NCBI GenBank assembly: GCA_013360395.1
Contig: JABWBQ010000002.1
Span: forward strand, 16,703 to 80,702
Direction of reading: 5' to 3'
Length of the DNA: 64,000 nt
Source of the DNA: Flavobacteriales bacterium
GTDB taxonomy: Bacteria > Bacteroidota > Bacteroidia > Flavobacteriales_F > PHOS-HE28
Shown piece by piece: positions 35,576 to 46,078 of this stretch. Within the stretch, counting starts at the first letter, position 1. Each line of letters starts with the position of its first letter. The translations under genes and the position numbers were made by a program. The notes beneath the pieces are model-generated. The model saw only the letters and a program-made list of their open reading frames with translations, was not told the origin of the DNA and ran no database searches.

Positions 35576-36508
35576 ATGCCGTTGCACATCACGATATGCG
35601 CATTCCGACCGGAACTGTTGGTCATGGTCCCCTTGGTCCTGGCTTGCAACGGCTTGAGTGAGATGCGTGTGGATCAACAAGGTGCCACGGTTGTGCCGGT
35701 TGACACGGTGATCCTTCATGAGCCCGGCGTGGAGAACGCCTACCCGCGTCTTTCCACCGACGGTAAGCGTATCCTCTACCAGAGCGACCGCACCGGCAAG
35801 TGGCAACTGTTCATCATGGACATCGCCACCGGTACACAGCAGCGCATCACCCACGATGCGCACAACAACAACTTCGTGGACTGGAGCCCGGACAATGAAT
35901 GGATCGCCTTCGTAAGCGATCGTGACGGTAACGAAGAGATCTACCGGATGCGCACGGACGGGAGCGCCTTGGAGCGCCTGACGGATCATCCGGATCGCGA
36001 CATTCATCCCTACTTCAGCCCGGATGGGAAGTACCTGCTTTTCAACAGCACGCGCGCCAATGGCTCGCTGGACATATTCCGCTTGGACCTCGCCACCAAG
36101 GAGCTGATGCACCTGGCGAACAGCATGCAAGAGGAAACCTGTGCGCGCTATTCACCGGACATGAAGCACATCGTCTTCCTGCGCAACGATGTGGCCAGCG
36201 ATGACGTGGCCATCCTCGACCTTTCAACCGGTCTGACCGAGAACCTCACGAGAACGCCCCAGGTGATCGACGGCTGGCCGATGTACAGCCCGGATGGAAC
36301 ATGGATCTACTACAGCACCATGGCCAGTGGCCAACACAGCATCCACCGTGTGCATCCGGATGGGACCGGGGATGAGACCATCACCCGGGCGGCGCCTGGC
36401 GAGGAGGACGGACGCGCCTTCATCGGTCGTGACGGACGGACCTTGATCTACAACAAGCGGGCCAACGGTGCGATCGATATTCGATTGTTGATGATCGACG
36501 AACTCTGA
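35576..36508 (+). CDS. TolB-like PD40 beta-propeller protein (second)
   Basis: ..VDWSPDNEWIAF.., ..YFSPDGKYLLF.., ..YSPDGTWIYY.. repeats. Confidence 0.7.
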   Translation: MPLHITICAFRPELLVMVPLVLACNGLSEMRVDQQGATVVPVDTVILHEPGVENAYPRLSTDGKRILYQSDRTGKWQLFIMDIATGTQQRITHDAHNNNFVDWSPDNEWIAFVSDRDGNEEIYRMRTDGSALERLTDHPDRDIHPYFSPDGKYLLFNSTRANGSLDIFRLDLATKELMHLANSMQEETCARYSPDMKHIVFLRNDVASDDVAILDLSTGLTENLTRTPQVIDGWPMYSPDGTWIYYSTMASGQHSIHRVHPDGTGDETITRAAPGEEDGRAFIGRDGRTLIYNKRANGAIDIRLLMIDEL

Positions 36509-36607
36509 TGGAACCTGAATTTGTGGTGGGGTTTCATGCGCACAACATCCAATTCCGTGGGTGTCAGCATGCACTTGGCCTCGTTCTACACTTCTCACAC
36601 GCTCCCC

Positions 36608-39016
36608 CTACTCACACCTCAACGCCCTTACCGGATCCGTCTGCGCCGCCCGGATTGCCCTGAAGCTCACGGTGAAGGTGGCGATCAACAGCACGACCAG
36701 TCCCGCGCCGAGGAAGACAAGCGGTTCGATGGTGGTGCGGAAGGCGAAGTTCTCCAGCCAGCGCCCCACGCCGAACCAGGCCAAGGGCATGGCCACCAAA
36801 GCACCCACGAGCACCAACAGGAGGAAGTCGCGGGTGACCACCCAGGTGATGCACAGCGTATCTGCCCCCATCACCTTGCGGATGCCGATCTCGCGGGTGC
36901 GCTTCTCGGCGGTCCAGCTGGCGAGCGCGAAGAGACCCAGACAGGCGATGATGACCGCGAGCAGGGAGAAAATGCCGACGAGCTTCGCCAGGCGGCCCTG
37001 CGCTTCGTACTGGGAGTCCAGCTGGTCGTCGAGGAATTGGTACTCGAACGGGAAGTTGGTGGTGCGGCTGTTCCACTCCTTGCGCGCAGCCTCGATCACG
37101 GGTGTGGGATCGCCGGCCTCGGTGCGGATGTAGATGTAGCGCAGCCATTGCGTGATGTCGTCCTTGCCGCATAGGTCGAACACGAAGGGCTGTACGGCCT
37201 TGAACAAGGGGTCGAAGGCGAAGTCCTTGGCCACGCCGATCACGCGCTCGCTGCCATGCGGTGTGTGCATGCGGTCGCCGACGGCCTTGGCGGGATCATC
37301 GGGATGCAGCTGTTTCGCGAAGGTCTCGTTGATCACCACACTGAGCGAATCATCGCCGGGAAAGTCGCGGCTGAACCAGCGCCCCGCAGTGAGTCGGATG
37401 TCCATGGCCTCCTGGAATTCGGGATTCACATACAGCGATGGCAGGTAGGTCCACTGGCCCTGTGCCATGTCGCCCCAGTTGAACTCGTGCGTGTTGTGCT
37501 TCTTGCCGAGGATATCGTTGCTCCAACTCACCGCCTTCACGCCGCTGATCTTCTTCAACTCGGGATAGACCGCCAGGTACACATTGGCCATGGGCGCACG
37601 AACGGGGATCAGCACCACGTGCTCCTTGTTGAAGCCGAGCTCAACGCTCCGCAGGTGGTCGTGCTGTTTCTTCACGAACACGGTGCCGATGATGAGCACC
37701 AGGGCGATGGCGAATTGCACCACCACCAGCGCCTTCCGCAAGGCCTGCCCGCGCGAGGTGCCGCCACTGTTGCCCTTCAGCACCACGGCCGGCTGGAAAC
37801 TGCTGAGGAAGAAGGCCGGGTAGATGCCGCTGAGCAGGCCGAGCACCACGGCCATGCCCAGCACGCCGGGTATCAGTAGCGATGGTAGCGGGATCGTTTC
37901 GCCCGCCAGCGTATTGAACGCGGGCATCAGCAGCTTGATCAGCACCAGCGCGATCACTGCCGCAAGCAGGCTCATCAGCACGCTTTCCAGCAAGAACTGG
38001 CCGATCAACTGTCCTCGCGCCGCGCCCGCCGCCTTGCGCACGCCCACCTCGCGCGCCCGGTACGCACTGCGCGCCGTGGCGAGGTTCATGAAGTTCACCG
38101 CGGCCAGCACCAGGATGAAAAAGCCGATCGCCCAAAGGATGTTCACACTTCCCTTGTCGCCGTTCTGGTGCATCTCGAAATCGAGCTTGCTGGTGAGGTG
38201 GATGTCGGCGAGCGGCTGCAACTCGTGGCCGATCTGATCCTTGAGGAAGTCGGGGTAGTATTTGTGGATGAAGTCCGGAAATACGCGCTCCACCTCGGCC
38301 TTCGTGACGCCTTCCTTCAGCCGCACGTAGGTCCAGCAGGGGTTCCACACCCAGTTGTTGCGCTCGATGTTCTTCCAGAATTGCAGGATGGTGCCCATGC
38401 TCACCAGCCCCTCGAAGCGGATGTGCGAGTTGCGCGGGATCTCGCCCAGGATGCCCGTGACCTGCACGTCCATGGCGTTGTCCCACTTCATCAGCTGACC
38501 CATGGGGTCGGCATCGCCGAAGTACTTCTTCGCCAGTTCCTGCGAGAGCACGATGCTGCCCGGCTTGGCCAGCGCGGTCTTGGGATCACCGGCGATCAGC
38601 GGGTAGTTGAAGAGGTCGAACACGGTGCTGTCCACCAGGTAGAGGCCGCTCTCGGTGAACATGCGGTCGGTGCTGAGGCTGTCGCCCACCTTCAGCGTGT
38701 GCTGCGGGTCCTGGAAGTCGAACCAGCGGCAGTAGCGCTCGATCAGTTCCGGGTGGTCGTGGTAGAGCGTGGGGCCCAGGCCGAAGACCATGCTGCTGCT
38801 GTGCTCCCCTTGGCCCTCCATCTCGATCTCGCCCACCACGCGGCACACACGTTCGGTGTGCGGCACGAAACGGTCGAAGCTGCGCTGGTACCGCACGTAC
38901 AGCCCGATGAGCACGAAGCACGCGATGCCCGTGGCCAGGCCCAGCAGGTTGATGAGGGTGTAGAGCTTCTGCTTCCAGAGGTTGCGGAAGCCGGTGAGGA
39001 GGAGGTTCTTCAGCAT
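36608..39016 (-). CDS. ABC transporter permease, FtsX/MacB family (double FtsX domain)
   Basis: 802 aa. N-terminal TM helix plus MacB-type periplasmic domain, then two FtsX 4-helix bundles. Its C-terminus is the source of the 28045-28240 duplicate. Confidence 0.85.
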   Translation of the reverse strand: MLKNLLLTGFRNLWKQKLYTLINLLGLATGIACFVLIGLYVRYQRSFDRFVPHTERVCRVVGEIEMEGQGEHSSSMVFGLGPTLYHDHPELIERYCRWFDFQDPQHTLKVGDSLSTDRMFTESGLYLVDSTVFDLFNYPLIAGDPKTALAKPGSIVLSQELAKKYFGDADPMGQLMKWDNAMDVQVTGILGEIPRNSHIRFEGLVSMGTILQFWKNIERNNWVWNPCWTYVRLKEGVTKAEVERVFPDFIHKYYPDFLKDQIGHELQPLADIHLTSKLDFEMHQNGDKGSVNILWAIGFFILVLAAVNFMNLATARSAYRAREVGVRKAAGAARGQLIGQFLLESVLMSLLAAVIALVLIKLLMPAFNTLAGETIPLPSLLIPGVLGMAVVLGLLSGIYPAFFLSSFQPAVVLKGNSGGTSRGQALRKALVVVQFAIALVLIIGTVFVKKQHDHLRSVELGFNKEHVVLIPVRAPMANVYLAVYPELKKISGVKAVSWSNDILGKKHNTHEFNWGDMAQGQWTYLPSLYVNPEFQEAMDIRLTAGRWFSRDFPGDDSLSVVINETFAKQLHPDDPAKAVGDRMHTPHGSERVIGVAKDFAFDPLFKAVQPFVFDLCGKDDITQWLRYIYIRTEAGDPTPVIEAARKEWNSRTTNFPFEYQFLDDQLDSQYEAQGRLAKLVGIFSLLAVIIACLGLFALASWTAEKRTREIGIRKVMGADTLCITWVVTRDFLLLVLVGALVAMPLAWFGVGRWLENFAFRTTIEPLVFLGAGLVVLLIATFTVSFRAIRAAQTDPVRALRCE

Positions 39017-39019
39017 GGC

Positions 39020-41455
39020 TTACTCGTATCGCAGGGCCTTCACCGGATCCGCCATCGCCGCTCGGTACGCCTGCACCGATACCGTGAAAACGGTAACGAG
39101 CAGGGTGATCAGCAGGGCCGCGGCGTAGAGCAGGGGTGAGATGCTGGTGTGGTAGGCGAAGGTCTCCAGCCAACGGCCGATGGCGTAGTAGGCCAGCGGG
39201 AAGGCCAGCAGCAGCGCCAGGCCCAGCAGCACCACGAATTCCTTGTTCAGCCGCCGCACGATGTCGAACAGTGGCGCACCCATCACGCGGCGGATGCCGA
39301 TCTCGCGGGTGCGCTGTCTGGTGGTGAAGAACGCCAGCCCGTAGAGACCCATCACCGTGAGCACGATGGTGAGCACGGCGAAGGCGGTGAATACGCGGTA
39401 GAGCTTGTCCTCGGCCTGGTACAGTTGCGCGATACTGTCCGTGAGGAAGGTGGCGTCCCACTCCGCGTTGGGGAACAGCTTCTTCCACTCGGCCTGCAAC
39501 GTGGCCAACTGGGTGGCGACATCACCGGGTTCCAGCCGCAATACCAGGTTCTGCGCACCATAACGCTGGTCGCTCTGGAACATCACCAGCGGCTCAATGG
39601 GCGTGTGCAAGCTGGTGTAGTGGAAGTCCTTCAGCACACCGATCACCGTGAGCTCCTGGTCGGGCTGCGGCGGACTGGCCTGCGCATCGCCAGGGATGAA
39701 GATCTTCTCGCTCAACGGATCCTTCCAACCGAAGGCCTTCACCGCGCTCTCGTTCACCACCACGGCGTTCACGCGGTCGCTGGGGATGGCGGGGTCGAAG
39801 TAGCGTCCTGCCGCCAGTTCCACGCCGAGCAATGCGGGGAAGTCGGCATCGGTGCTCATGGTGGGCATGGGCTTGTCGATGCGCCCCTCCGGCGTGTTCA
39901 CCTTCAGCACCCAGCGGCCGCTGCCCTGGCCGGGCAGGTTCTGCGTGAAGGCCGCACCGGTGACGAAGCTCTGCCGCATCAGCTCATCCTTCACGGGCCG
40001 CAGCTTGTCCCACGCCAGCGTATCCGGCCCGGGCGGCAAGGGCATGGTGATGCTCAGCAGGTTCTCCTTGCGGAAGCCCATGTCCGTGGTGCGCAGCCAG
40101 TGCAGTTGTGCGAACACCGCGAGCGTGCCCACCACCATGAAGAGGGCGATGGCGAACTGCGCGCCCATGAGCACCTTGCGTACACGCTGCTTCCCGGCAC
40201 CGCTGGCAATGCCTTCCTTCAGCAACAGTTGCGGTGAGAAGCGGGAAAGGAAGAAGGCGGGATAACTGCCCGCCACCACGCCGATGGCGAGTACGATGAG
40301 CAGGACGACGACCACGAAACTCCCGCGCATCAGGTAGCCCATGCCGATCTCCTTCTCCGTGATGCTGTTGAACGCAGGCAACGCGAGCCACAGCAGGGCC
40401 AGCGCCACGCCGATGCCGATCACCGCGATCATCACGCTGCCGCCGATGAACTGCGCCACGAGCTGCCTGCGCTGCGCCCCGCTCACCTTGCGCAGGGCCA
40501 CCTCCTTCGCGCGGCGCGTGGCATCGGCCGTGCTCATGTTGATGTAGTTGATGCAGGCGATGGCGAGCACCAGCACGGCCACCAGGGCGAAGAGCGTCAC
40601 GTAGGCCTTGTTGCCCTTCTTCGGCGTGTCGTAGATCAGGTCGTTGTTGAAGTGCACCGCGCGCAGCGGTTCCAGGTTGAAGCGGATGCTTCCTTGGAAC
40701 TGGTCGCCGCCCCATTGTGGGATGATGTACTTCGTGACGAAGGCGTCCATCTTGCCTTGGAAGGCGTGCTCATCCACACCCGGCGCGAGCACCAGGTAGT
40801 TGAAGCAGCTGTTGTTGCCCCACGACTGGTCGAGCTGGGCCTTGGCCTGTGGCGGCATGCCCAGGCGGCTCATGAAGACACCCATCGGGATGTGCGTGTT
40901 CTCCGCCTTGCCGTCGATCACACCGGCCACCTTCAGCGTGCGACCATTGCGGATGACGAGCTTGCCGATGGGGTCCTCCGCGCCGAACATGCGCGTGGCC
41001 ATGTCCTGCATGATCACGATGTTGTCCGGCTCGTCGAGCGCCTCGGGGCCACCGTGCGTGAAGGTGAAATCGAAGGTGCGGAAGGTGCTGGTGTCGGCGT
41101 TGTAGCCGTACTGGGCCAGGTACTTTTGCCCGTTGTATTCCAGTGTGGTCTGCCCGAGCTGGAAGAGCGAGGCACCGGCCTCGATGTCCGGATACTCCTT
41201 CAGCAGAGCCTCCATGATCGGGAAGGGCGTGATGCCGAAGTCGTCCCTGGTGTCGCCGAATTGGTAGTGGGCCTGGATGCGGTAAATGCGGTCGGCCTTC
41301 GCATGGTGGGCATCGAAGCTCAGCTCGTCCTGCACGTAGATGTAGATGAGCATGCAGGCCGTGATGCCGATGGCCAGGCCCAGGATGTTCAGCGCCGCGA
41401 AGAGCTTGTCGCGCTTCAGGCTGCGCCACGCGATGAGGAGGTAGTTCTTCCACAT
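39020..41455 (-). CDS. ABC transporter permease, FtsX/MacB family
   Basis: 811 aa. Same architecture as its neighbour. C-terminal ...DPVKALRYE. Confidence 0.85.
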   Translation of the reverse strand: MWKNYLLIAWRSLKRDKLFAALNILGLAIGITACMLIYIYVQDELSFDAHHAKADRIYRIQAHYQFGDTRDDFGITPFPIMEALLKEYPDIEAGASLFQLGQTTLEYNGQKYLAQYGYNADTSTFRTFDFTFTHGGPEALDEPDNIVIMQDMATRMFGAEDPIGKLVIRNGRTLKVAGVIDGKAENTHIPMGVFMSRLGMPPQAKAQLDQSWGNNSCFNYLVLAPGVDEHAFQGKMDAFVTKYIIPQWGGDQFQGSIRFNLEPLRAVHFNNDLIYDTPKKGNKAYVTLFALVAVLVLAIACINYINMSTADATRRAKEVALRKVSGAQRRQLVAQFIGGSVMIAVIGIGVALALLWLALPAFNSITEKEIGMGYLMRGSFVVVVLLIVLAIGVVAGSYPAFFLSRFSPQLLLKEGIASGAGKQRVRKVLMGAQFAIALFMVVGTLAVFAQLHWLRTTDMGFRKENLLSITMPLPPGPDTLAWDKLRPVKDELMRQSFVTGAAFTQNLPGQGSGRWVLKVNTPEGRIDKPMPTMSTDADFPALLGVELAAGRYFDPAIPSDRVNAVVVNESAVKAFGWKDPLSEKIFIPGDAQASPPQPDQELTVIGVLKDFHYTSLHTPIEPLVMFQSDQRYGAQNLVLRLEPGDVATQLATLQAEWKKLFPNAEWDATFLTDSIAQLYQAEDKLYRVFTAFAVLTIVLTVMGLYGLAFFTTRQRTREIGIRRVMGAPLFDIVRRLNKEFVVLLGLALLLAFPLAYYAIGRWLETFAYHTSISPLLYAAALLITLLVTVFTVSVQAYRAAMADPVKALRYE

Positions 41456-41466
41456 GGGGCCCTCAT

Positions 41467-42162
41467 TTACAGGCGTTCCCCTTCGGCCACCGCTGCGTCG
41501 ATCACCTTGCCATCGAGCAGGTTGATGGTGCGACGTGCGTAGCCGGCGTCGCGCAGGCTGTGGGTCACGATGATGATCGTGGTCCCGGCCTTGTTGAGCT
41601 CGGAAAGCAGGCTCATCACCTCCTCGCCCATGGTGCTGTCCAGGTTGCCGGTGGGCTCGTCGGCCAGGACGAGGCGCGGTGTGTTCACCACCGCACGAGC
41701 AATGGCAACACGCTGCTGCTGGCCGCCGCTGAGTTGTTGGGGGAAGTGCTTGGCGCGATGGCCGATGCCCATGCGTTCCATCGCCTCTTGCACACGTTGC
41801 ATGCGTTCGCCTTTGCCCATGGACGTGTAGATCAGAGGGAGCTCGATGTTCTCGGCGACGGTCAATTCATCGATCAGGTTGAAGCTCTGGAACACGAAGC
41901 CGATGGTGTTCTTGCGCAGCTCCGCGCGCTTACGCTCATTGTAGTTGCTCAGATCCTCGCCGTTCACCAGGTATTGGCCGCTGGTCGGCGCATCAAGCAG
42001 GCCCAGGATGTTCAGCAGGGTGGATTTCCCGCAACCGCTGGGCCCCATGATGGCCACGAATTCACCGGATGCCACTTCGATGTCCACCGCGTTGAGGGCG
42101 GTGGTCTCCACCGTATCGGTGCGGTAGACCTTGGAGAGTTGCAGGGTTCTCAGGAGGCTCAT
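41467..42162 (-). CDS. ABC transporter ATP-binding protein (MacB/LolD-type)
   Basis: Walker A GPSGCGKST, Q-loop, signature LSGGQQQRVAIARA, Walker B LVLADEPTGNLD. Confidence 0.9.
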   Translation of the reverse strand: MSLLRTLQLSKVYRTDTVETTALNAVDIEVASGEFVAIMGPSGCGKSTLLNILGLLDAPTSGQYLVNGEDLSNYNERKRAELRKNTIGFVFQSFNLIDELTVAENIELPLIYTSMGKGERMQRVQEAMERMGIGHRAKHFPQQLSGGQQQRVAIARAVVNTPRLVLADEPTGNLDSTMGEEVMSLLSELNKAGTTIIIVTHSLRDAGYARRTINLLDGKVIDAAVAEGERL

Positions 42163-42252
42163 GTCGGAGGGGGATTGTGTGTTGTGCGTCGCTTGTTGGC
42201 CGAACCCGCAACACGCAGTGCATGACCCGTGGCGGGTGCGGGCGGGAAGGGG

Positions 42253-43509
42253 TTATTCGATCACGAGTTCATCGGCGTCGTTGAAGGCACCATAGCGGCT
42301 GGTGACCACGCGCTCCCCGGGTTCCAGCCCTTCCAACACCTCATACATGTCCGGGTTCTGGCGGCCCAGCTTCACATTGCGCCGGGTGGCGGTCCCGCCC
42401 GCATCCACCACGTACACCCACAGGCCGCCCGTATCCTGGAAGAACGGACCGCGTGCCAGCATCACCGCTTCTTGGGGCTCACCGAGCTGCAGGCGCACCT
42501 GGAACGTCTGGCCTCGGCGCACCTCCGGCGCTTCGGCCACGAAGCGGAGGTCCACGTCGAACTCGCCATTGCTCACCTCCGGATAGATCTTGAACACCTC
42601 GATCGCCACTTCGCGGCCGCCATGGGTGAAACCGCCCCGCAGGCCGATGGAGATCCGGTTCACATAGTGCTCCGGAATGCGGGCGCGTACCTTGAAACCG
42701 TCCAGCACATCGATCTGCGCGATACGCTCCCCGCGTTGCTTGGTCTGGCCCAGCTCGGCGTTCAACCCGCTCAGCTGACCGTCGATGGGCGCCTTGATCA
42801 CCAGGTCCTGCAAGTTTTCCCGCAGGAAGGTGAGGTTCTGATCGATCAAGGAAAGGTTGTTGGTGATGGAGCCGAGTTGGCTGAGGCGGAAGAGCGAATC
42901 ACGCCGAAGGTTCGAGGCCAACAACTTGCGTTTCTCCCGCATGTACGCCAGGTTCTCCGCGTTGTTGAGGAAGCTGTTCCGGGCCAACAAGGAGTCCCGC
43001 ACCAATCGTTCATCGATCCGGCCATCACGTTCCAGCCGCTTCAGGTCCTTGTCCAGGTTGAGCAGTTCGTCTTGCAGGCGCGTGGTCTGCTGGTCCATGG
43101 CCAGGCGCGTGTTGCGCAGGTTGTTCTGCTGGTCCAGCAACTGCGCTTCGCGGTTGATGGCGTCCATGCGCAGAACAGGGTCATCCAGCTCGATGATAGG
43201 CTGGCCGGCCTGCACCATGTGGCCATCTTCCACGAAGCGCCTTTTCACGGTGCCGCCCTGAAGCGCATCCAGGAAGACGGTCTGGATGGGCTGAACGGTG
43301 CCGGTCACGGGGATGAACTCCTTGAACTGCCCCTTCCCGACCGTGGAAATGGTGATCTTGGCCCCTTCCACACGGGTCCGTTTGGTGGAAAGCGACCCTG
43401 CCCAAACCCCTCCCGCCAAGAGTGCTGCACCACCGCCAATGGCGATGGCGAGGAGGCGTTTTCGACGTGTCGGCCGGGGGTCGATGGCGCGGTCCATGGG
43501 TAGAACCAA
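42253..43509 (-). CDS. efflux transporter periplasmic adaptor (HlyD/MacA-type membrane fusion protein)
   Basis: N-terminal TM anchor, long coiled-coil region, beta-barrel/lipoyl-like C-terminal part. First gene of the MFP-ATPase-permease-permease operon. Confidence 0.8.
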   Translation of the reverse strand: MVLPMDRAIDPRPTRRKRLLAIAIGGGAALLAGGVWAGSLSTKRTRVEGAKITISTVGKGQFKEFIPVTGTVQPIQTVFLDALQGGTVKRRFVEDGHMVQAGQPIIELDDPVLRMDAINREAQLLDQQNNLRNTRLAMDQQTTRLQDELLNLDKDLKRLERDGRIDERLVRDSLLARNSFLNNAENLAYMREKRKLLASNLRRDSLFRLSQLGSITNNLSLIDQNLTFLRENLQDLVIKAPIDGQLSGLNAELGQTKQRGERIAQIDVLDGFKVRARIPEHYVNRISIGLRGGFTHGGREVAIEVFKIYPEVSNGEFDVDLRFVAEAPEVRRGQTFQVRLQLGEPQEAVMLARGPFFQDTGGLWVYVVDAGGTATRRNVKLGRQNPDMYEVLEGLEPGERVVTSRYGAFNDADELVIE

Positions 43510-43724
43510 AGGTCAACGGATCGATCGCACGGAGGTCGTGGATCGTGGCCGCTGGATGAGGGTGTGATGAGCGGTGACCTCCGCCGGACCGGATGGAACG
43601 GGGCCGGGCGCATGTGACGGCGGTCAGGAGGTCGCGCACATCGGTGCGCAACACCGGAACGGAATGCTCCGGACCACCCGTACGTAATAGTGCTTGCCGG
43701 CTTTACGCCTGGATCACACGGGCC

Positions 43725-43904
43725 TCAGCGGCCCTTGGCACAGCCGCCACAGGTGCTGCAGGGCCCGCAGCCCGTGGTCGTGCCGGCATCGGACAGCAGG
43801 GCGCGTTCGCGCAGGAACAGCGCACGCCACCGCGCGGGCATCCACAGCCAGGCGAGGTAAGCCACGGCGGCCAGCACGATCAGCACGGTGAGCACGGTCT
43901 GCAT
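43725..43904 (-). CDS. FeoB-associated Cys-rich small membrane protein
   Basis: 59 aa with one TM helix, then GCGPCSTCGGCAKGR. Start overlaps the feoB stop. Confidence 0.55.
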   Translation of the reverse strand: MQTVLTVLIVLAAVAYLAWLWMPARWRALFLRERALLSDAGTTTGCGPCSTCGGCAKGR

Positions 43905-45745
43905 CAGGGCGCGGTGAGGAGCGTGGTGAGCTGGTAGGTGACGAGGCTTGCAAGGTACGCCAGCGCGAAGAGGTATCCGCCCATGATCCACATCTGCCGC
44001 CACGATCCCGTTTCGCGTTTCACCACCACGAAGGTGCTGATGCACTGCGGGGCGAACACCATCCACAGGAGCAGGGAGAGCCGGGTGGCGAGCGACCATT
44101 CCCGGGCGATGCGTTCCGTGAGCCGTCCGCTCACCTCGTCCTCGTCGCCTTCCATGGCGTACGCCGTGCCCAAGGCGCTCACCACCACCTCGCGCGCGGC
44201 CATGCCCGGCACCAGGGCGATGGCGATGTGCTCGTTGAAGCCGATGGGGGCGAAGACGTGCTGCAGGCCGCGCCCCAGTTCGCCCGCCAGGCTGCGTTCG
44301 AGGGGTGTGGCCGTGCGGTCGGCCCACGGGGAGGGAGTGGAGTAGAGGGCCCACATCACGATGGTGAGCGCCAGGATGATGGTGCCCACGCGGCGCAGGA
44401 AGATCACGGCGCGCTCCCACAGGCCGATCGCCAGGCTGCGCAGGTCGGGCCACTGATAGCTGGGCAGTTCCATCAGCAGCGGGACGTGGTCGTGGCGGTG
44501 CCGGCGTTTGATCACCCAGGCCACGGCCATGGCGCTCACCACACCCAGGGCGTAGAGGCCGGACATCATCAGGGCGGCGGTGAGGGGCTCGCCTGGGAAG
44601 AGCGCGGCGATCAGCAGGGTGTACACGGGTATGCGTGCCGAGCAGGCCATCAGCGGCGCGATGAGGATGGTGGTGAGGCGGTCGCGCTGGTCGGTGATGG
44701 TGCGCGTGGCCATGATGCCGGGGATGGCGCAGGCGAAGCTCGAGAGCAGCGGGATGAAGGATCGCCCCGACAGGCCGGCGCCGCTCATGGGTTTGTCCAG
44801 CAGAAAGGCGGCGCGCGGCAGGTAGCCGCTGCTCTCCAAGGCCAGGATGAACAGGAAGAGGATCAGGATCTGCGGCAGGAAGACGAGCACGCCGCCCACC
44901 CCGCCGATGATGCCCTCCACCAGCAGGCCGCGCAGGGGGCCGTCGGCCATGGTGCGCCCCACGGCCTCGCCGAGCCAGGCGAAGCCCTCATCGACGAAAC
45001 CGGCGAGCAGGTCGCCCAGGGAGAACACCGCGATGAAGGTGGTGAACAGCACCAGGGCCAGGATCAGCAGGCCCCACAACGGGTGCATGATCACGCGGTC
45101 GATGCGGTCGCTGGGGTCGGCGTCCACCGCGGGTTCCTGCACCACCGCTTCCACGATGCGGTGAGAGCGTTGCTGGGTGGCCAGCACCTCGGCCACATCC
45201 GGTGCTTTCCAGGTCGGGGCGGTGCGCGGCGGCACGGGTCGGTCCAGCTGTTCGAGCAGCGCCTGGGCGCCGTGGGCCTGCACACCCACCGTGCGCACCA
45301 CGGGCACACCGAGCTCCCGGGCGAGCCGGTCGGCGTCCACGACGATGCCGAGCTGTTCGGCGCGGTCGCTCTTGTTGAGGGCCACCACCAGGGGCAGCCC
45401 CAGCGCACGGGCCTCCAGCACCAGGCGCAGGTGCATGCGCAGGTTGGTGGCGTCGGCCACGCACACCAGCAGGTCGGGGAGCGTGTCGCGGTGGCCGGTG
45501 ACCACGTCGCGCGTCACCGCCTCGTCCGCCGAAACGGCGTTGAGGCTGTACGCGCCGGGCAGGTCCAGCACCTGCACGCGGCGGCCTGCGGGCGTGCGCA
45601 GCCAGCCTTCCTTGCGCTCCACGGTGACGCCGGGGTAGTTGGCCACCTTCTGGTGGCTGCCCGTGAGCAGGTTGAACAGGGCCGTCTTGCCGCAGTTGGG
45701 GTTGCCCAGCAGGGCGATGCGGACGGGAGGTGCGGCGGCGGTCAT
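43904..45745 (-). CDS. feoB: ferrous iron transporter FeoB
   Basis: N-terminal G-domain (IALLGNPNCGKTALFN G1, DLPG G3, NKSD G4), then a polytopic permease domain. Confidence 0.9.
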   Translation of the reverse strand: MTAAAPPVRIALLGNPNCGKTALFNLLTGSHQKVANYPGVTVERKEGWLRTPAGRRVQVLDLPGAYSLNAVSADEAVTRDVVTGHRDTLPDLLVCVADATNLRMHLRLVLEARALGLPLVVALNKSDRAEQLGIVVDADRLARELGVPVVRTVGVQAHGAQALLEQLDRPVPPRTAPTWKAPDVAEVLATQQRSHRIVEAVVQEPAVDADPSDRIDRVIMHPLWGLLILALVLFTTFIAVFSLGDLLAGFVDEGFAWLGEAVGRTMADGPLRGLLVEGIIGGVGGVLVFLPQILILFLFILALESSGYLPRAAFLLDKPMSGAGLSGRSFIPLLSSFACAIPGIMATRTITDQRDRLTTILIAPLMACSARIPVYTLLIAALFPGEPLTAALMMSGLYALGVVSAMAVAWVIKRRHRHDHVPLLMELPSYQWPDLRSLAIGLWERAVIFLRRVGTIILALTIVMWALYSTPSPWADRTATPLERSLAGELGRGLQHVFAPIGFNEHIAIALVPGMAAREVVVSALGTAYAMEGDEDEVSGRLTERIAREWSLATRLSLLLWMVFAPQCISTFVVVKRETGSWRQMWIMGGYLFALAYLASLVTYQLTTLLTAP

Positions 45746-45746
45746 C

Positions 45747-46010
45747 TCAGGGGTGGACGTTCACCAGGATGAGCGCGGCTTCGTGGTGGCGCAGGGCGAA
45801 GGTGCTGCGGCCCACGCGCACGGCCAACGGATCGCGGCGGCCCAGGCCCTCGGCCACGATGCGCACGCGCTCGCCAGGCACGAAACCCAGTTCCATGAGG
45901 CGCAGCACCAGGTCGTGGTCCGCACGATCTTGGGGCACGGGGATGTCGGCCACCGTGGCCCATTGCCCGTCGGGGAGCTCGGCCAGGGGAATGGGGGAGG
46001 CGCTGGACAT
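45747..46010 (-). CDS. feoA: FeoA family protein
   Basis: ~87-aa SH3-like domain directly upstream of feoB. The ORF-track extension to 47090 is antisense overlap with the methyltransferase gene and was rejected. Confidence 0.65.
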   Translation of the reverse strand: MSSASPIPLAELPDGQWATVADIPVPQDRADHDLVLRLMELGFVPGERVRIVAEGLGRRDPLAVRVGRSTFALRHHEAALILVNVHP

Positions 46011-46078
46011 GCGGGCGCTAAGGTCCGGCCCGGCGACGCCGATCGACATACCCCGATCAGGGTATGCCGCTTCCGGGA

